Shown here in pieces: positions 30,001 to 39,703 of a stretch of 64,000 bases of DNA. A program made the position numbers and the translations under genes. The notes below the pieces were generated by a model. The model saw nothing but the letters and a program-made list of their open reading frames with translations, made no database searches and was not told the origin of the DNA. Where the stretch lies: the NCBI GenBank assembly GCA_937625935.1, contig OW569360.1, forward strand, positions 186,001 to 250,000, read 5' to 3'. Positions within the stretch are counted from its first letter, which is position 1. Every line of letters starts with the position of its first letter. The stretch comes from Tetramitus jugosus (Eukaryota > Protista > Heterolobosea).

Positions 30001-31432
30001 TCTGATTGATTTCACATCGACTCATGGAGCAAATGGTGCACCACCATCAACAGCTAATGTAGCGTATCATGATACGAATCGTGACTCAATTGCCTCCAAT
30101 GCCAGTGATCTCAGTAGCAGTACGAGCAATCGTAGCAGTCATAGACACAGTGGTAAGCGTGGATTCTTCAGTGCATTTCGAAGTTCATCATCCAAAACTC
30201 ATCAAAGTAACTTGTCGTTTACGAGTACACATGCATCGCTCACTCATCTCAGTCTCACTCTAGATGAGATGAGTGTGTTGAAAATGAAGCAGAATGGGGA
30301 TGCTGTGTCCGTGTGTGTCGCCACTCGTAACATGAAGAAGAAGAGAGGAAGGATGATGATGATGATGAACATGAGTCAGGAATCGCACCGGCTATTGGGA
30401 GAGAATCAAGATGATAGTGATGACGAGAGTGATGAGGACGATGATGATGTTGGTGATGATGAGAGTTCCAATAACATTCGATCATCGACTCAAATACCAC
30501 CAAACGAAGGAGGAGAGATTGGTTTTAGACGTGGTGACATCTTCTTGGTTTTTGAACGTTTGAATGATCCAGTTGGTACTTCATGGTTCAAAGTCAGAAA
30601 AGTAGGACTGAATTGTGACCCTCTGTGCAAGTACATCTTGGCTCATGAGCGCCGATACAGAGACTATACGAGATTGTGCAAGGAAATGAAGAATCAAAAA
30701 TCAAGAAAAAAGATTGATGTGAGCAAGGAGAAGCCACATGACAAGTTCCTTCGTCGATTGGCATGCAATAGTTTTGTTGTGATTGATGAACGATTATGGG
30801 CAGAGGATCTCACAGAAGAGAAAGTGCTGTCACAAGTCGTGAATCTTTCGAGTCTCTTCTCTTCTGATGGTGACCAAGTCACAACAAGCTCGAACACTGC
30901 AGAACCAGACTTTTTGGATGCAGATGGTGATCAACAATCAAAAGAATCTGGAGATTTGAAACTTTCAAGTTCATCATCCAATACGAGTAATGATGATGCA
31001 CAGCTGAACAGCGGTGGTGGAGATAATGCGAAGACCAACACGAAAACACCCAGAAACAAGTTCTTGGCCAAAATCTTTGCTCGATCAGCAAAGAAGAAGA
31101 ATAAGCGGTCACCCAACAAGGACAGCGACATGGCATCTACAGATGCTGCAACGAGTAGTGATAGTAGCAGTGAACCACCAAAGATGAGTCCCGCTCAAGC
31201 AAAAGCCCTTATCGATCGCATTGTCAATATAAAGTCAGAGGATGGTCAAGTAGGACTCGTGCCAGTCAATCTGATGAAGGAGTTCGATTCGGATATGCGG
31301 CGCAAGATTCTTGAACTGGTGGAGATTAGAGACACCGAAGAGGAAAAGAAGGTGAGGAACTTTACGATACGGAGAGTCACTAGTCATAGTCGATTAGGTT
31401 CCATGAGTGGAAAGACCCGACTCATCTATTAA
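27014..31432 (+). CDS. Dbl-family RhoGEF (DH-PH) with split C-terminal SH3-like domain
   Basis: ILQEIVSTEETYV and SLESYLIQPIQRIPRYTLLL..LLKNTP; PH remnant LYIFNDIIL; SH3 fragments GEIGFRRGDIF, SWFK and GLVPVN. Confidence 0.88.
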   Translation: MSSSSSSSGFNEDNNDKKKKSSHMSYGSNTLKRNQAHLERMMILQEIVSTEETYVANLFTCKEIYEDALERRTFESFEQLEAQQQLAHEQSNSSLSPPDSNTEKKHSKKKNSSSSNKNTTTKNNSNDHHHTTATTTTTATTGHFFECESQYSQRVYLSKFYAPMLHKRQHIKIFNDLRAIRALNNQLKIELVNHLDQVLTTGKKIDVNIGDIFIKFVPWFKIYTSYASQFNMVADLLRELRRTNTLFDKFLNNIKNKHPSANGLSLESYLIQPIQRIPRYTLLLNQLLKNTPLLHRDYQSLNEALNKMISVAEYVNAKVKEFEHVIKMNEIDNMIQHTLQSLDDQYDYYREKNHHHHTYNGGGGSADGSGGGDNHSINHHSEGTDVHQNTSNTNNNNYNRKSRNNSTSMHLIQPLMRPGRTLNAQVENLSLKLNGKVVEPSPILMQLEKEKKRKKKILSTKHVKNLINVPLSLFNNNNSSNNGDLDNVVVQNEDGTSTSTSTMTNMDQQLSHTLYIFNDIILYFSVITTTTTTTTTATTTTTISTSTTSTTTPSTSTTTASTTNNNNSDTVSADVNNNNNHNKNNNNNKNNNNNNNNNSTRTNQVIQTSKKYYYNGCIHLEADLIPWCYMSIVDDESERCEFKLVTHKKLFSIQFPNEKQMGETCKLLVDQLEEICKERKRTLYTQMYNLNEDPSTSASNNTHSSIMMNPTVVINNEQTHCSNLNNISNSANNSNGSSSSSSSNHLTSGNAVSRRVTMSSYNTLIELKRPNVRYVRPLIIDPLTFINNQAFNRLQLLINNNMIVNTSGTSSTVYNQYNNTSNSASLSPASLPSSPTSSPGSQKQRRRKSLSNLFSSSHNKLSTDLFHNNHSNSLLTMNMTGDSVPEPSSPRESSSTSSHKRFTLLLKKKSPRRRSVSVSSPLSPCSSTVNTSETVSPTNESSVDDTHSSLVDINHHQHLDTSTVYANIMLNNMGGSNRVSSSSSSGSSNRMHDDLDLIDFTSTHGANGAPPSTANVAYHDTNRDSIASNASDLSSSTSNRSSHRHSGKRGFFSAFRSSSSKTHQSNLSFTSTHASLTHLSLTLDEMSVLKMKQNGDAVSVCVATRNMKKKRGRMMMMMNMSQESHRLLGENQDDSDDESDEDDDDVGDDESSNNIRSSTQIPPNEGGEIGFRRGDIFLVFERLNDPVGTSWFKVRKVGLNCDPLCKYILAHERRYRDYTRLCKEMKNQKSRKKIDVSKEKPHDKFLRRLACNSFVVIDERLWAEDLTEEKVLSQVVNLSSLFSSDGDQVTTSSNTAEPDFLDADGDQQSKESGDLKLSSSSSNTSNDDAQLNSGGGDNAKTNTKTPRNKFLAKIFARSAKKKNKRSPNKDSDMASTDAATSSDSSSEPPKMSPAQAKALIDRIVNIKSEDGQVGLVPVNLMKEFDSDMRRKILELVEIRDTEEEKKVRNFTIRRVTSHSRLGSMSGKTRLIY

Positions 31433-31559
31433 CTATAGCACCTGTACGGTATGGTATCGTGAACATACATATGGAAATTAAATGCAACATTGTACATACA
31501 ACTAATTGAACCAATGAACCAATTGAAAACAATAAACACTGCACTTGTGACAAAGATAT

Positions 31560-32657
31560 TTATTCTTGGCGGTTCAAGAATTGTTCGACAGTCTTCTTGA
31601 AGAGTGCAGGATTCTCCGTGTGCACCCAATGACCACAATTCTCAAATACAGTGTGCTGTGCCTGTGGGAAGAAGGATTGAACAGTGGATTGAACCTCTGG
31701 TGACTTCATCTCTAGTAGGCGACTCTTTTCACCAATGATAAACATGGTTGGCTTCTCAAACGGTGCATATGAATTGCTAGTGTCATGTGTTGTGGTATTC
31801 GTAGTAGTACTAGTAGTCGTAGTCGTTTTATAGGGAAAATCAGCAATATCATTCAAACCATTCAACAATCCTCTCAAGTTGAATTTCCAATAAAAGTTGG
31901 ATGATGATGACTGTTGTTGTTGATAATCCAAATTACTCAATAGAAAACTGCGAACGGCACTACTATCGACACCTTGTCTCTTCAACACCTCATCTGCATC
32001 ACTCCTCTTCTGAATGTGTGGCAATTGATCATTGAGTGCCTGGAGTGCATTCATAACACTAGGAATGTCCCACTGCCCCTCTCTGTATGCCACAGGTGCA
32101 ATATCACCAACAATCAATCGAGAGACACGATTGCGAACAGAGAGATGTGGGTTGAGACATGCGGCCATACTGACCTTTCCACCCAATGAAAAACCCAACA
32201 AGTCACACTCATCAATCTGCTGTTCATTCAAGAATTGTTCCAAATCATGTGCCATGGACGTAATGGACATGTCATAGTCATCATGACCACTCGATCCATG
32301 ATTTCTCAAATCAATCAAATAACAATCTCTGTTCCACTCTCTCGACTGTTGTCTACTAAATGTATAAAAGTTCATACTGCTGCCAAACAGTCCATGAATA
32401 ATGACGAGTGGTGGTGGTAGAGTAGTAGTAGTAGTAGGTGATGATGATGATGATGATTCATTTGATTCTGGTGATGATATCTTTCTAAAGTGTAAATCAA
32501 CAGTAGTCGTATTCACATGATGATGATGGTAGTGTCTGTTATGTTGCAAGTGATGAATGCATGATATTGGTGGTGGTGATGAAATGCTTCTCAATAGCAA
32601 TGACTTTTGTGATGGCAAGTGTTTTGTGAGTGCACGTGTGATCCGTGTTCGGTGCAT
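31560..32657 (-). CDS. ABHD11: Mitochondrial alpha/beta hydrolase (ABHD11/YbfF-like)
   Basis: IHGLFGS, DLRNHGSS, GFSLGGK, DIAP and CGHWVH motifs; presequence. Confidence 0.85.
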   Translation of the reverse strand: MHRTRITRALTKHLPSQKSLLLRSISSPPPISCIHHLQHNRHYHHHHVNTTTVDLHFRKISSPESNESSSSSSPTTTTTLPPPLVIIHGLFGSSMNFYTFSRQQSREWNRDCYLIDLRNHGSSGHDDYDMSITSMAHDLEQFLNEQQIDECDLLGFSLGGKVSMAACLNPHLSVRNRVSRLIVGDIAPVAYREGQWDIPSVMNALQALNDQLPHIQKRSDADEVLKRQGVDSSAVRSFLLSNLDYQQQQSSSSNFYWKFNLRGLLNGLNDIADFPYKTTTTTSTTTNTTTHDTSNSYAPFEKPTMFIIGEKSRLLEMKSPEVQSTVQSFFPQAQHTVFENCGHWVHTENPALFKKTVEQFLNRQE

Positions 32658-32887
32658 TGTTGTTTGGTGTTGTTTGGTTTTTTGAATTGTGGTGGTGTGA
32701 ATTTGCCCGAAAACAACGGACAAATCATGACTCACCAGATTCGAGTGACACTCTCCCATAGACTCTTTCTGAAGGCGACCGACTCGGTCTGACATTTCCT
32801 TGACTGCTGCTATATTCATATTCTCTTTTCATTCACATGTGAGTTCTTTCTTCTTTTGAATGACAACAGTCAGCCAAACCAAACAAC

Positions 32888-34006
32888 GAGGGTCAACCCC
32901 CCGAAATAAACTTGACCAAACCATGTCCCCGATTTAACCCCGAATTTTTTCACTGCCTGAACCACTTTTTGTATTGCTTCAAACTTGGTTTTACAAACAA
33001 TACCACCACCATAAGCAAAACCAATAATACAATGACCCTGTCATATCGTGACATTCGTGAAGCCGTCGAGCAAAAAGTTCGCAAAGCAACGGTTGATATT
33101 TTGGTCAGCTACCTCCTTCGCCATTCGGTTCATCTCGGGGGTCATGAGCAACCGAAACACTTTCTTCGGCGTACAGTGTATCTACAACTATACAAGGATG
33201 CGTACCATATTGGTTTCTCCGAGTTATCGAAGGCAACAAAAGGTTGGTACAAGGTCAACCATAAAACTCTTGACAGAAACATCAAAAAGGTAAGAAAAGG
33301 ACTGAACACCTGGGGTAGGAGTCAAGTCACTCCTGGGACTATTTCTGACTGGGAAAAGGCAACAAAGAAAGTCAAAATTCCGAGAGCGGTCGGAGGGACC
33401 ACTCTTTGGATCGATTCGACAGATTGTCAAATTGAGAGAAGAGGAGAGGCACTCAAGAGGCATCCCTTGTATAGTGGTAAACTAAAGAAGGTAGCTCTGC
33501 GAAGAATGGTCATCACTGATGGCAGACGGAGAATTAGATTCTTCTCGGATGGATACACACCAAAGCTGTATGATTCACACTGGGCGAAGGTAAACAAGAG
33601 AATTCTTGATGAAAACTTCAGTGGTGGTGTGTTTATTGGTGACACACACTTCCAGAGGTTCGAACATGAGACTGGATTGAAGTGCTACACACCAATCACG
33701 ATTCCTGTTGGTCGCACTAAGAAGGACAATCCCCTCAGTCAAGGTCAAGAAGAATATAATGCCAAACAGAGAAGTGTGAGAGCCATTTGTGAAGCCACCT
33801 TCGGGGAAATTAAAACAAAGTTCAAGAGTCTCACCACAGCATGGGCTGAAAGTGAACACCAACAAGATTACCTGTTTTCCATTGCTTGTGGAATACACAA
33901 CGTTGAGCTCTAACGGGAAGCTCAGTTGTTGTTGTTGTATGAAAAGAATTGAAAAGATGTTTTGTGTAGGTGGTTTTCCCGCTTTTTTTTTAGGGGGCTG
34001 ACCCTC
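32888..34006 (+). mobile_element. Compact single-ORF IS5/Harbinger-like insertion element, 1,119 bp
   Basis: Imperfect TIRs GAGGGTCAaCCCCC and GAGGGTCAgCCCCC (13/14); AAC on both flanks (32885-32887 and 34007-34009); internal transposase. Confidence 0.85.
33032..33913 (+). CDS. IS5/DDE_Tnp_4-type transposase (about 293 aa)
   Basis: WIDSTD (D), YSGKLK, LYDSH, IGDTHF (D), YNAKQRSVRAICEATFGEIK (E) and ACGIHN. Confidence 0.85.
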   Translation: MTLSYRDIREAVEQKVRKATVDILVSYLLRHSVHLGGHEQPKHFLRRTVYLQLYKDAYHIGFSELSKATKGWYKVNHKTLDRNIKKVRKGLNTWGRSQVTPGTISDWEKATKKVKIPRAVGGTTLWIDSTDCQIERRGEALKRHPLYSGKLKKVALRRMVITDGRRRIRFFSDGYTPKLYDSHWAKVNKRILDENFSGGVFIGDTHFQRFEHETGLKCYTPITIPVGRTKKDNPLSQGQEEYNAKQRSVRAICEATFGEIKTKFKSLTTAWAESEHQQDYLFSIACGIHNVEL

Positions 34007-34164
34007 AACCACCGCAGAGAGGAACAACAAATTTGATTTTTTTGGAACTCTTGTTTTCTTTCGAAAAAGAACAAACGAAAACAAAAACACACAGGTGAGA
34101 GCACAACAACAACCAGAAATCATTTTTGGATTCCACAAACACAGTCAATTAATTATTATTTATC

Positions 34165-35490
34165 ATGAGTCAATCATCAGCATCAAATGACACCAACAGC
34201 GACGATTGGGACAATTACAATTCCATTGAACAATCACCATCACCATCATCATCATCATCATCATTGAATGACAATAACAACAGCAATAGTAGTATTAGCA
34301 CTGCTGATCAATCATCATGGTCCACTCTCTATGTCATGCAGAGCATTACAGAGTGTGTCTCTCTGTTCAGCAACGAATACATTACTAGCACACATGGTGG
34401 CAGCAGTCACATTCTATTCTGTACACTGTCTGGCAACGTGTATGCCTACGGCAGTAATCAACAGGGGCAGTGTGGACTAGGTGATCGAGTGGATCTCACC
34501 AATGGAAGAGTCATGCACATTGCATCACTACCACCATGCAAACAAGTGGCATGTGGATACGAGTACAGCATGTTCTTGACACGTCAAGGTGAAGTGTATG
34601 CCACTGGTCAAGGACAGTATGGTCAATTGGGACTATCGAGCAAGATTTCTGTCGTGTACGCACCTCAGAAAGTGCCCTATTTTGAGGGACATGGACTCGT
34701 TGTGGAACAAATTGCATGTGGCTACTATCATTCACTGTTCTTGACCACTGGTGGTCAATTGTACACGTGTGGTCATGCACACAATGGTCAATGTGGTGTT
34801 GCTAGGACAGACGGTGGAGAGATTGTGACACCGACATTGGTGGACTCACTGGTGGATCATCGAATTGTTCAAGTGGCACCCGGTGGTTATCACACCATGG
34901 TACTCACAGAGGCCAATCGTTTGTTTGTGTTTGGTCAGAACGGATCAGGTCAACTGGGTCTCTCTCACTTCCAAGGTCAATCAATGCCTGCAGAGGTCAT
35001 TTTTGATCACGGCAGTATCCCCAGAAAGATTCTGTGCGGTGGTGAATTTAGCAGTGTGTTGACCATGGATGGCGTCGTGTTCTCCACAGGGTCCAACTCT
35101 GAAGGTCAACTCGGCTTAGCAAGCACGGATAAGCAAGCAACGTTCACGAGGCTTGATATTCCAGGCACAGTCGAAGACGTTTGTCATGGCAAGTATCAGA
35201 ACACTGCTCTGACGACAGATGGTTCCCTGTATGTGACAGGTTTCACTGGCAAAGACGGAAAGCTCAGACAATTCAAGAATATTGAAAACATTGGTCTGTC
35301 ATCTGCACATCTCAGTAAGATTCGTCAAATCGTAGACAACAGATCTCCATCCAATCAAGTCAAGCTCTACGCAGCGTACCGGGACGTCCTGTTTACAGTC
35401 GCGCAGGGCAATCCGAATTTGAAAATGTTTTTTGACAGGTTGAGACACACAAAGGGGTTCAGAGATGTAGACATTGTAACCCTCCATTGA
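34165..35490 (+). CDS. RCC1-repeat beta-propeller protein
   Basis: Repeated ACGxxHS/T..LT..G.VY..G.N..GQLG units. Confidence 0.92.
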   Translation: MSQSSASNDTNSDDWDNYNSIEQSPSPSSSSSSLNDNNNSNSSISTADQSSWSTLYVMQSITECVSLFSNEYITSTHGGSSHILFCTLSGNVYAYGSNQQGQCGLGDRVDLTNGRVMHIASLPPCKQVACGYEYSMFLTRQGEVYATGQGQYGQLGLSSKISVVYAPQKVPYFEGHGLVVEQIACGYYHSLFLTTGGQLYTCGHAHNGQCGVARTDGGEIVTPTLVDSLVDHRIVQVAPGGYHTMVLTEANRLFVFGQNGSGQLGLSHFQGQSMPAEVIFDHGSIPRKILCGGEFSSVLTMDGVVFSTGSNSEGQLGLASTDKQATFTRLDIPGTVEDVCHGKYQNTALTTDGSLYVTGFTGKDGKLRQFKNIENIGLSSAHLSKIRQIVDNRSPSNQVKLYAAYRDVLFTVAQGNPNLKMFFDRLRHTKGFRDVDIVTLH

Positions 35491-35756
35491 AGATCACATA
35501 ATCTATTTTTGTTTGTTTGGATCCTGGTCGGAGCCCATATCAGTTTTTTTTAGGACTGAAAAAGCAGCTGCACAGGTCCCCTCTCCATTGCCTATAAAAA
35601 CCAAAAATAAACCAAGCTGAGTTTGCTTCATCCACCAAACAGAAAAGAGTAACATCACCTGGTAACCCTAACCCAACAAGAACAACCACCAAACTAACGA
35701 ACATCCATATCCAAACAACAACCTTCAAAACTTAGAGAGATACATACCATAGAACC

Positions 35757-36170
35757 ATGTCCTCCACAAAGCAATTGAGAAATATCTGGGCCAGAGTCAT
35801 GATGGCCAACAACAGTACCATTCCCCATCAACATGCTCACAGAAGAGCCATGACTGTCCATGCCCGCATCCTCAACAACAACAACAATACTCATCCGGGT
35901 ATGTTGATGAACAACAACAGCAAGAGAACAGTGAGTCATGAGGATGATGCACTGCTCAATGACTGGGTAGACTCTTGTCAGAGAATCAATGACGAACACT
36001 GGGACAGCGTAGACAAGGAAATGAATGAATCTGTTAGGAGTCCATCATCTTCTCCCATTGGACCATCCACCTCTCACAACAACAACAACAAGTCTAGAGT
36101 GCCTTCACAACAACCAAGCAGTAGTACTGCTTCTGCACACAATGAATCATCACCATTTGATTTCATATGA
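35757..36170 (+). CDS. Small protein with mitochondrial-presequence-like N-terminus, unknown function
   Basis: ATG-initiated 137-aa ORF; basic N-terminus with an acidic core LLNDWVDSCQRINDEHW; TATAAAA about 165 nt upstream. Confidence 0.55.
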   Translation: MSSTKQLRNIWARVMMANNSTIPHQHAHRRAMTVHARILNNNNNTHPGMLMNNNSKRTVSHEDDALLNDWVDSCQRINDEHWDSVDKEMNESVRSPSSSPIGPSTSHNNNNKSRVPSQQPSSSTASAHNESSPFDFI

Positions 36171-36518
36171 TGATATCCCTCCATGATTGATGAAACGGAT
36201 GACTCATTGTTGACAGGTATACCATGATGAGAATGTAGTTCTTGTCTTGGCAAGAACAATGAGTCAATTTGATATGGAGAGATGTCGTTCGCAATGAGTG
36301 AGGTACTCTATTGCTTCACCGATCTCTCTCTCTCTATGAACTGTGTGTCATGAAGTGACACTCAATGTACTACTATTATTGCTATTGTATTTTATTATCA
36401 ATTGTACATAAAATGTAACAAATTTTTGTAAAGAATATTGTGCTGTGTTTGTGTCCTCGTGATTGAGCCCAAACCCCAACAACTCATCACACTCTTCATT
36501 CTCGTCCACAATGGTGGC

Positions 36519-37826
36519 TCAAGAAACACCAGTTCGGGCCTTCTTCTTCTCAACAGTCAGGATGGAAGTTTGTGGATCGTAGTGGGTCTCAAACTCTGCA
36601 AAATAGAACCACGAAAAAGAAGCATTCATAAACTGAGGACACCATCCCATCTCATCTGATGCCCAACAGCAACGGTTTCGCTCGGCTACGATCGGTCTCA
36701 TGTAGTTGTAGTAGACAAAAGGAACAAATCCATCTTCGATGTTGGGTGAGATGGCAATTTCATTGTCGAGCTTATCCCTGCAAAAGAGGCCAATAATTTC
36801 ATCTTGGTCCAGATCTCTCATACTTTGGTTGTTGGTTGTCAGGTCAGATGGAGAAATATCCCCATTGTCATCTCCCTGGTAGACTTCACCTTCCCGACCT
36901 GTGAGAACAGCATAACAGAATTGAGACAATGGTATCAATATGTGATCTGCTTGTCGTCCAATCTTGACCATTTCAAGCAGAATAGAAGGGACATAGCCAT
37001 TTGCATTTAGGAGACTGAGTATGAGTGCTAACTTGTGAACTTGGGTCGATCCTTTGAAGGACACCAACTTATACTCGCTGATCTCCTGGAGTCTCATTTC
37101 AATAGAATAATTGATTGAATTCAAGCGTTGTTGACCTTGGCGCTTGAGTGGCTTAGCTAGCACTGGTATCATACCATACAATGACATGTATGTTATCTTA
37201 CTGACTGAAGATGAGAATGCAACATTCTGATTTGATGGGATGGTGTCCGATTCATCAATGGCTTTTCTCTCTTTGTGCTCCAGACATTCTCCTTTGTTCA
37301 TTTGGTTCTTTTCATGCTCTAAAATCTTTCTTTTGCCTAATGAACCGAAGAAATCTCTCTCCAAGAATTGATCCCAGAGATAGTTCGAAGACATAATCGT
37401 TCGATCCCAGTTCTTATTCACCAGTCGAAGTTGAAGTGTCTTGGGACATGAAATATAACCCATGATTGTTGCCAATGAATCATCATTCAACTCTCCAAGG
37501 TGGTTCATAAATGGTGGACGTGTCATTCTCTGTCGTCTCGTGTCTGGCTTTCGGCTGTCGGACTCATCATTCGTACCAAAACTATCCTTGTTGGCCATGA
37601 GATAAAGATACTCTTGGAATTGGTCATTGTAAGTCTGTTCCTCTGCTGGTGATATCTCAGACCAGTAGCGATACCTCGTTCCTTTGTTTTCTTTGAGTCG
37701 GATCTCCTCCTGCTGTCTAAAGTACTCTTGAACGTTTCTTGGCTGCTCTTGAAAGTGGATCTTGAGGAGTCGGGCACCTCGTCGTCTCTGTTCCACCGTT
37801 TCAAAATGTGTTGTGCTGTCTTCCAT
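36519..37826 (-). CDS. F-box protein
   Basis: LGELNDDSLATIMGYI...LRLVNKNW...LW F-box pattern. Confidence 0.7.
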   Translation of the reverse strand: MEDSTTHFETVEQRRRGARLLKIHFQEQPRNVQEYFRQQEEIRLKENKGTRYRYWSEISPAEEQTYNDQFQEYLYLMANKDSFGTNDESDSRKPDTRRQRMTRPPFMNHLGELNDDSLATIMGYISCPKTLQLRLVNKNWDRTIMSSNYLWDQFLERDFFGSLGKRKILEHEKNQMNKGECLEHKERKAIDESDTIPSNQNVAFSSSVSKITYMSLYGMIPVLAKPLKRQGQQRLNSINYSIEMRLQEISEYKLVSFKGSTQVHKLALILSLLNANGYVPSILLEMVKIGRQADHILIPLSQFCYAVLTGREGEVYQGDDNGDISPSDLTTNNQSMRDLDQDEIIGLFCRDKLDNEIAISPNIEDGFVPFVYYNYMRPIVAERNRCCWASDEMGWCPQFMNASFSWFYFAEFETHYDPQTSILTVEKKKARTGVS

Positions 37827-37966
37827 GTTCCTTGTCTGTGTTGTTGGACTCCAATCGGTCAGGAACACTTCTTGCAGTTCACAGAACTGGATAATTTCTG
37901 CTTAAAATTCCCCGGTAGGAAGAAAAAAAGAAAACGAGAGCGACAAAACAAGAACACACATGACAG

Positions 37967-39703
37967 ATGATCCACAACAACAACAACAATTACACAGTAT
38001 CGACAACAACATTATCACCAACAACCACCACCTCTGATCATGCTGTGGTTGTGATCAGAAATGTGTTTTGGATTGGTGGCATCTCCATTTATGGTGCATT
38101 TGTGTTGTTGCTGTTTCTCTATTTAATTTATTGGTGGTGGAGAAATGTTCTCTTGTCGACCAATCACCACCACCCAAAACCAAATCTTCGTACCACTAGT
38201 AGTAGTAGTACTAGTAGTAGCAAGAACCAAAAACAACAGAGTGATGACAACAGCGCAACCATACAACAACAACAACAACAACAACCACATCACTTGGCAA
38301 CACCAACAATAACAACAACATGGAGCAGTAGTGACATTGTTGGATCACCCACGAGAAGAACAAGAAGAACATTGACTACGACAACAATGAGTCGTACTGT
38401 TACTTTATTCATTGCTGCCATTTGTTTTTGTATGATTCTGCGCCTCACTTTTTTCATTGTTGGATACATTATCAACAACAACAACAACAGCAAATACAAC
38501 AATCATAACAACAATCGTAATACCAACAACAACAACAACAACAACAACAATGCATCATCATTATCAATGATTCAACAAAAATCATCATCATCACTACCAT
38601 CATCATACTTCTTCATCTCTTCATTGTACTATCCCAGTAGTCATGACAATGATACGACATATGAGTGGTTCGAGAGGGCTGTTCCTGATTTTACATCACT
38701 TGCCATTCTCTTCTCCTACTTTGTCCTCTGGGTGCACTATTTGATGATTTATTACAAGATGAGAAGGCGGCATTTTGAGTCCAATCTCAACCACACTACG
38801 TCCCACCATGGTAGTGGTAGTGGTGGTGGTGCTGCTGCTTATTTTGGTTGTTGTTGTGGCAGTAATTGTTGCGGCTTCCATGGTTCCATCTACATGGTGT
38901 TCCTCACGACTGCCACACTGAGTGCACTCGTGTTGTTCACATGTCACTTTTTATTCCACTATTATCGCAATGTGTTGAAAGATTGTCAATTGTATCAATG
39001 GGTTGTCACCTGCTTTTATTTTCCATTGTTGAATCTCATGGTTGCTCTCTCATTCTCTCTCACCAGTATGAAACTGAACAAGGACATTGATTTGTTGATG
39101 TGCATGAGACGAAAGCAACAACAGGACACTGCCAGGCAATTGAAACGAGTAGGACAGTTGGTCACTCTGTGCTTTACATGGTTGTTCTTGTCCAGTGTTG
39201 TCAAAGTGTGGATCACTGTGCCTCTCGTACGACACTTTTTCAACGATTATGTACCCATTGTTGAACTCGTGTATTGTGTGTTGATGGATGTGGCGCTCCA
39301 CTGCATGTCCATCTCTTGTTTACTCTTGTTCAAGAAACCACTCGGTGTCTATCACAATCACTATCATCACTATTACACTAAGAATATCAGTCATCATGGT
39401 GGTGACACGGACAGCAAGCATGAATATTACAGTGATCACAGTGGGTTATCACCTCGTGCAAACACAAGTGCAACCATGCCTCTCTTGCTGGGATCACCAC
39501 TGCTCTCTGATTATCCACTGGATTCGAACAACAACAACAATAACAGTGAATTGTTGGTGAGTCCTCAACTGCAACGACCAATGGCTGCAGAGGAAGAAGA
39601 ATCAGGGTCTGAATATGACTCTGATATGGATACAATGGATGGAGTAGATTTTGATTATGGCAGCTTGAAGCATCAAGTTAGATTATACACTGATGTCCTC
39701 TAA
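37967..39703 (+). CDS. Seven-transmembrane protein (TOM1/GPR137-like or GPCR-like)
   Basis: Seven hydrophobic segments counted by eye; low-complexity loops; acidic cytosolic tail. Confidence 0.6.
   Translation: MIHNNNNNYTVSTTTLSPTTTTSDHAVVVIRNVFWIGGISIYGAFVLLLFLYLIYWWWRNVLLSTNHHHPKPNLRTTSSSSTSSSKNQKQQSDDNSATIQQQQQQQPHHLATPTITTTWSSSDIVGSPTRRTRRTLTTTTMSRTVTLFIAAICFCMILRLTFFIVGYIINNNNNSKYNNHNNNRNTNNNNNNNNNASSLSMIQQKSSSSLPSSYFFISSLYYPSSHDNDTTYEWFERAVPDFTSLAILFSYFVLWVHYLMIYYKMRRRHFESNLNHTTSHHGSGSGGGAAAYFGCCCGSNCCGFHGSIYMVFLTTATLSALVLFTCHFLFHYYRNVLKDCQLYQWVVTCFYFPLLNLMVALSFSLTSMKLNKDIDLLMCMRRKQQQDTARQLKRVGQLVTLCFTWLFLSSVVKVWITVPLVRHFFNDYVPIVELVYCVLMDVALHCMSISCLLLFKKPLGVYHNHYHHYYTKNISHHGGDTDSKHEYYSDHSGLSPRANTSATMPLLLGSPLLSDYPLDSNNNNNNSELLVSPQLQRPMAAEEEESGSEYDSDMDTMDGVDFDYGSLKHQVRLYTDVL

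Noticed and set aside
16970-34006. Fanzor/TnpB-type RNA-guided nuclease in either transposon
   Set aside because: No RuvC or zinc-finger motifs seen in any element ORF.
33575-34138. 187-aa antisense ORF over the small transposase
   Set aside because: Crosses the element boundary and has no motifs.
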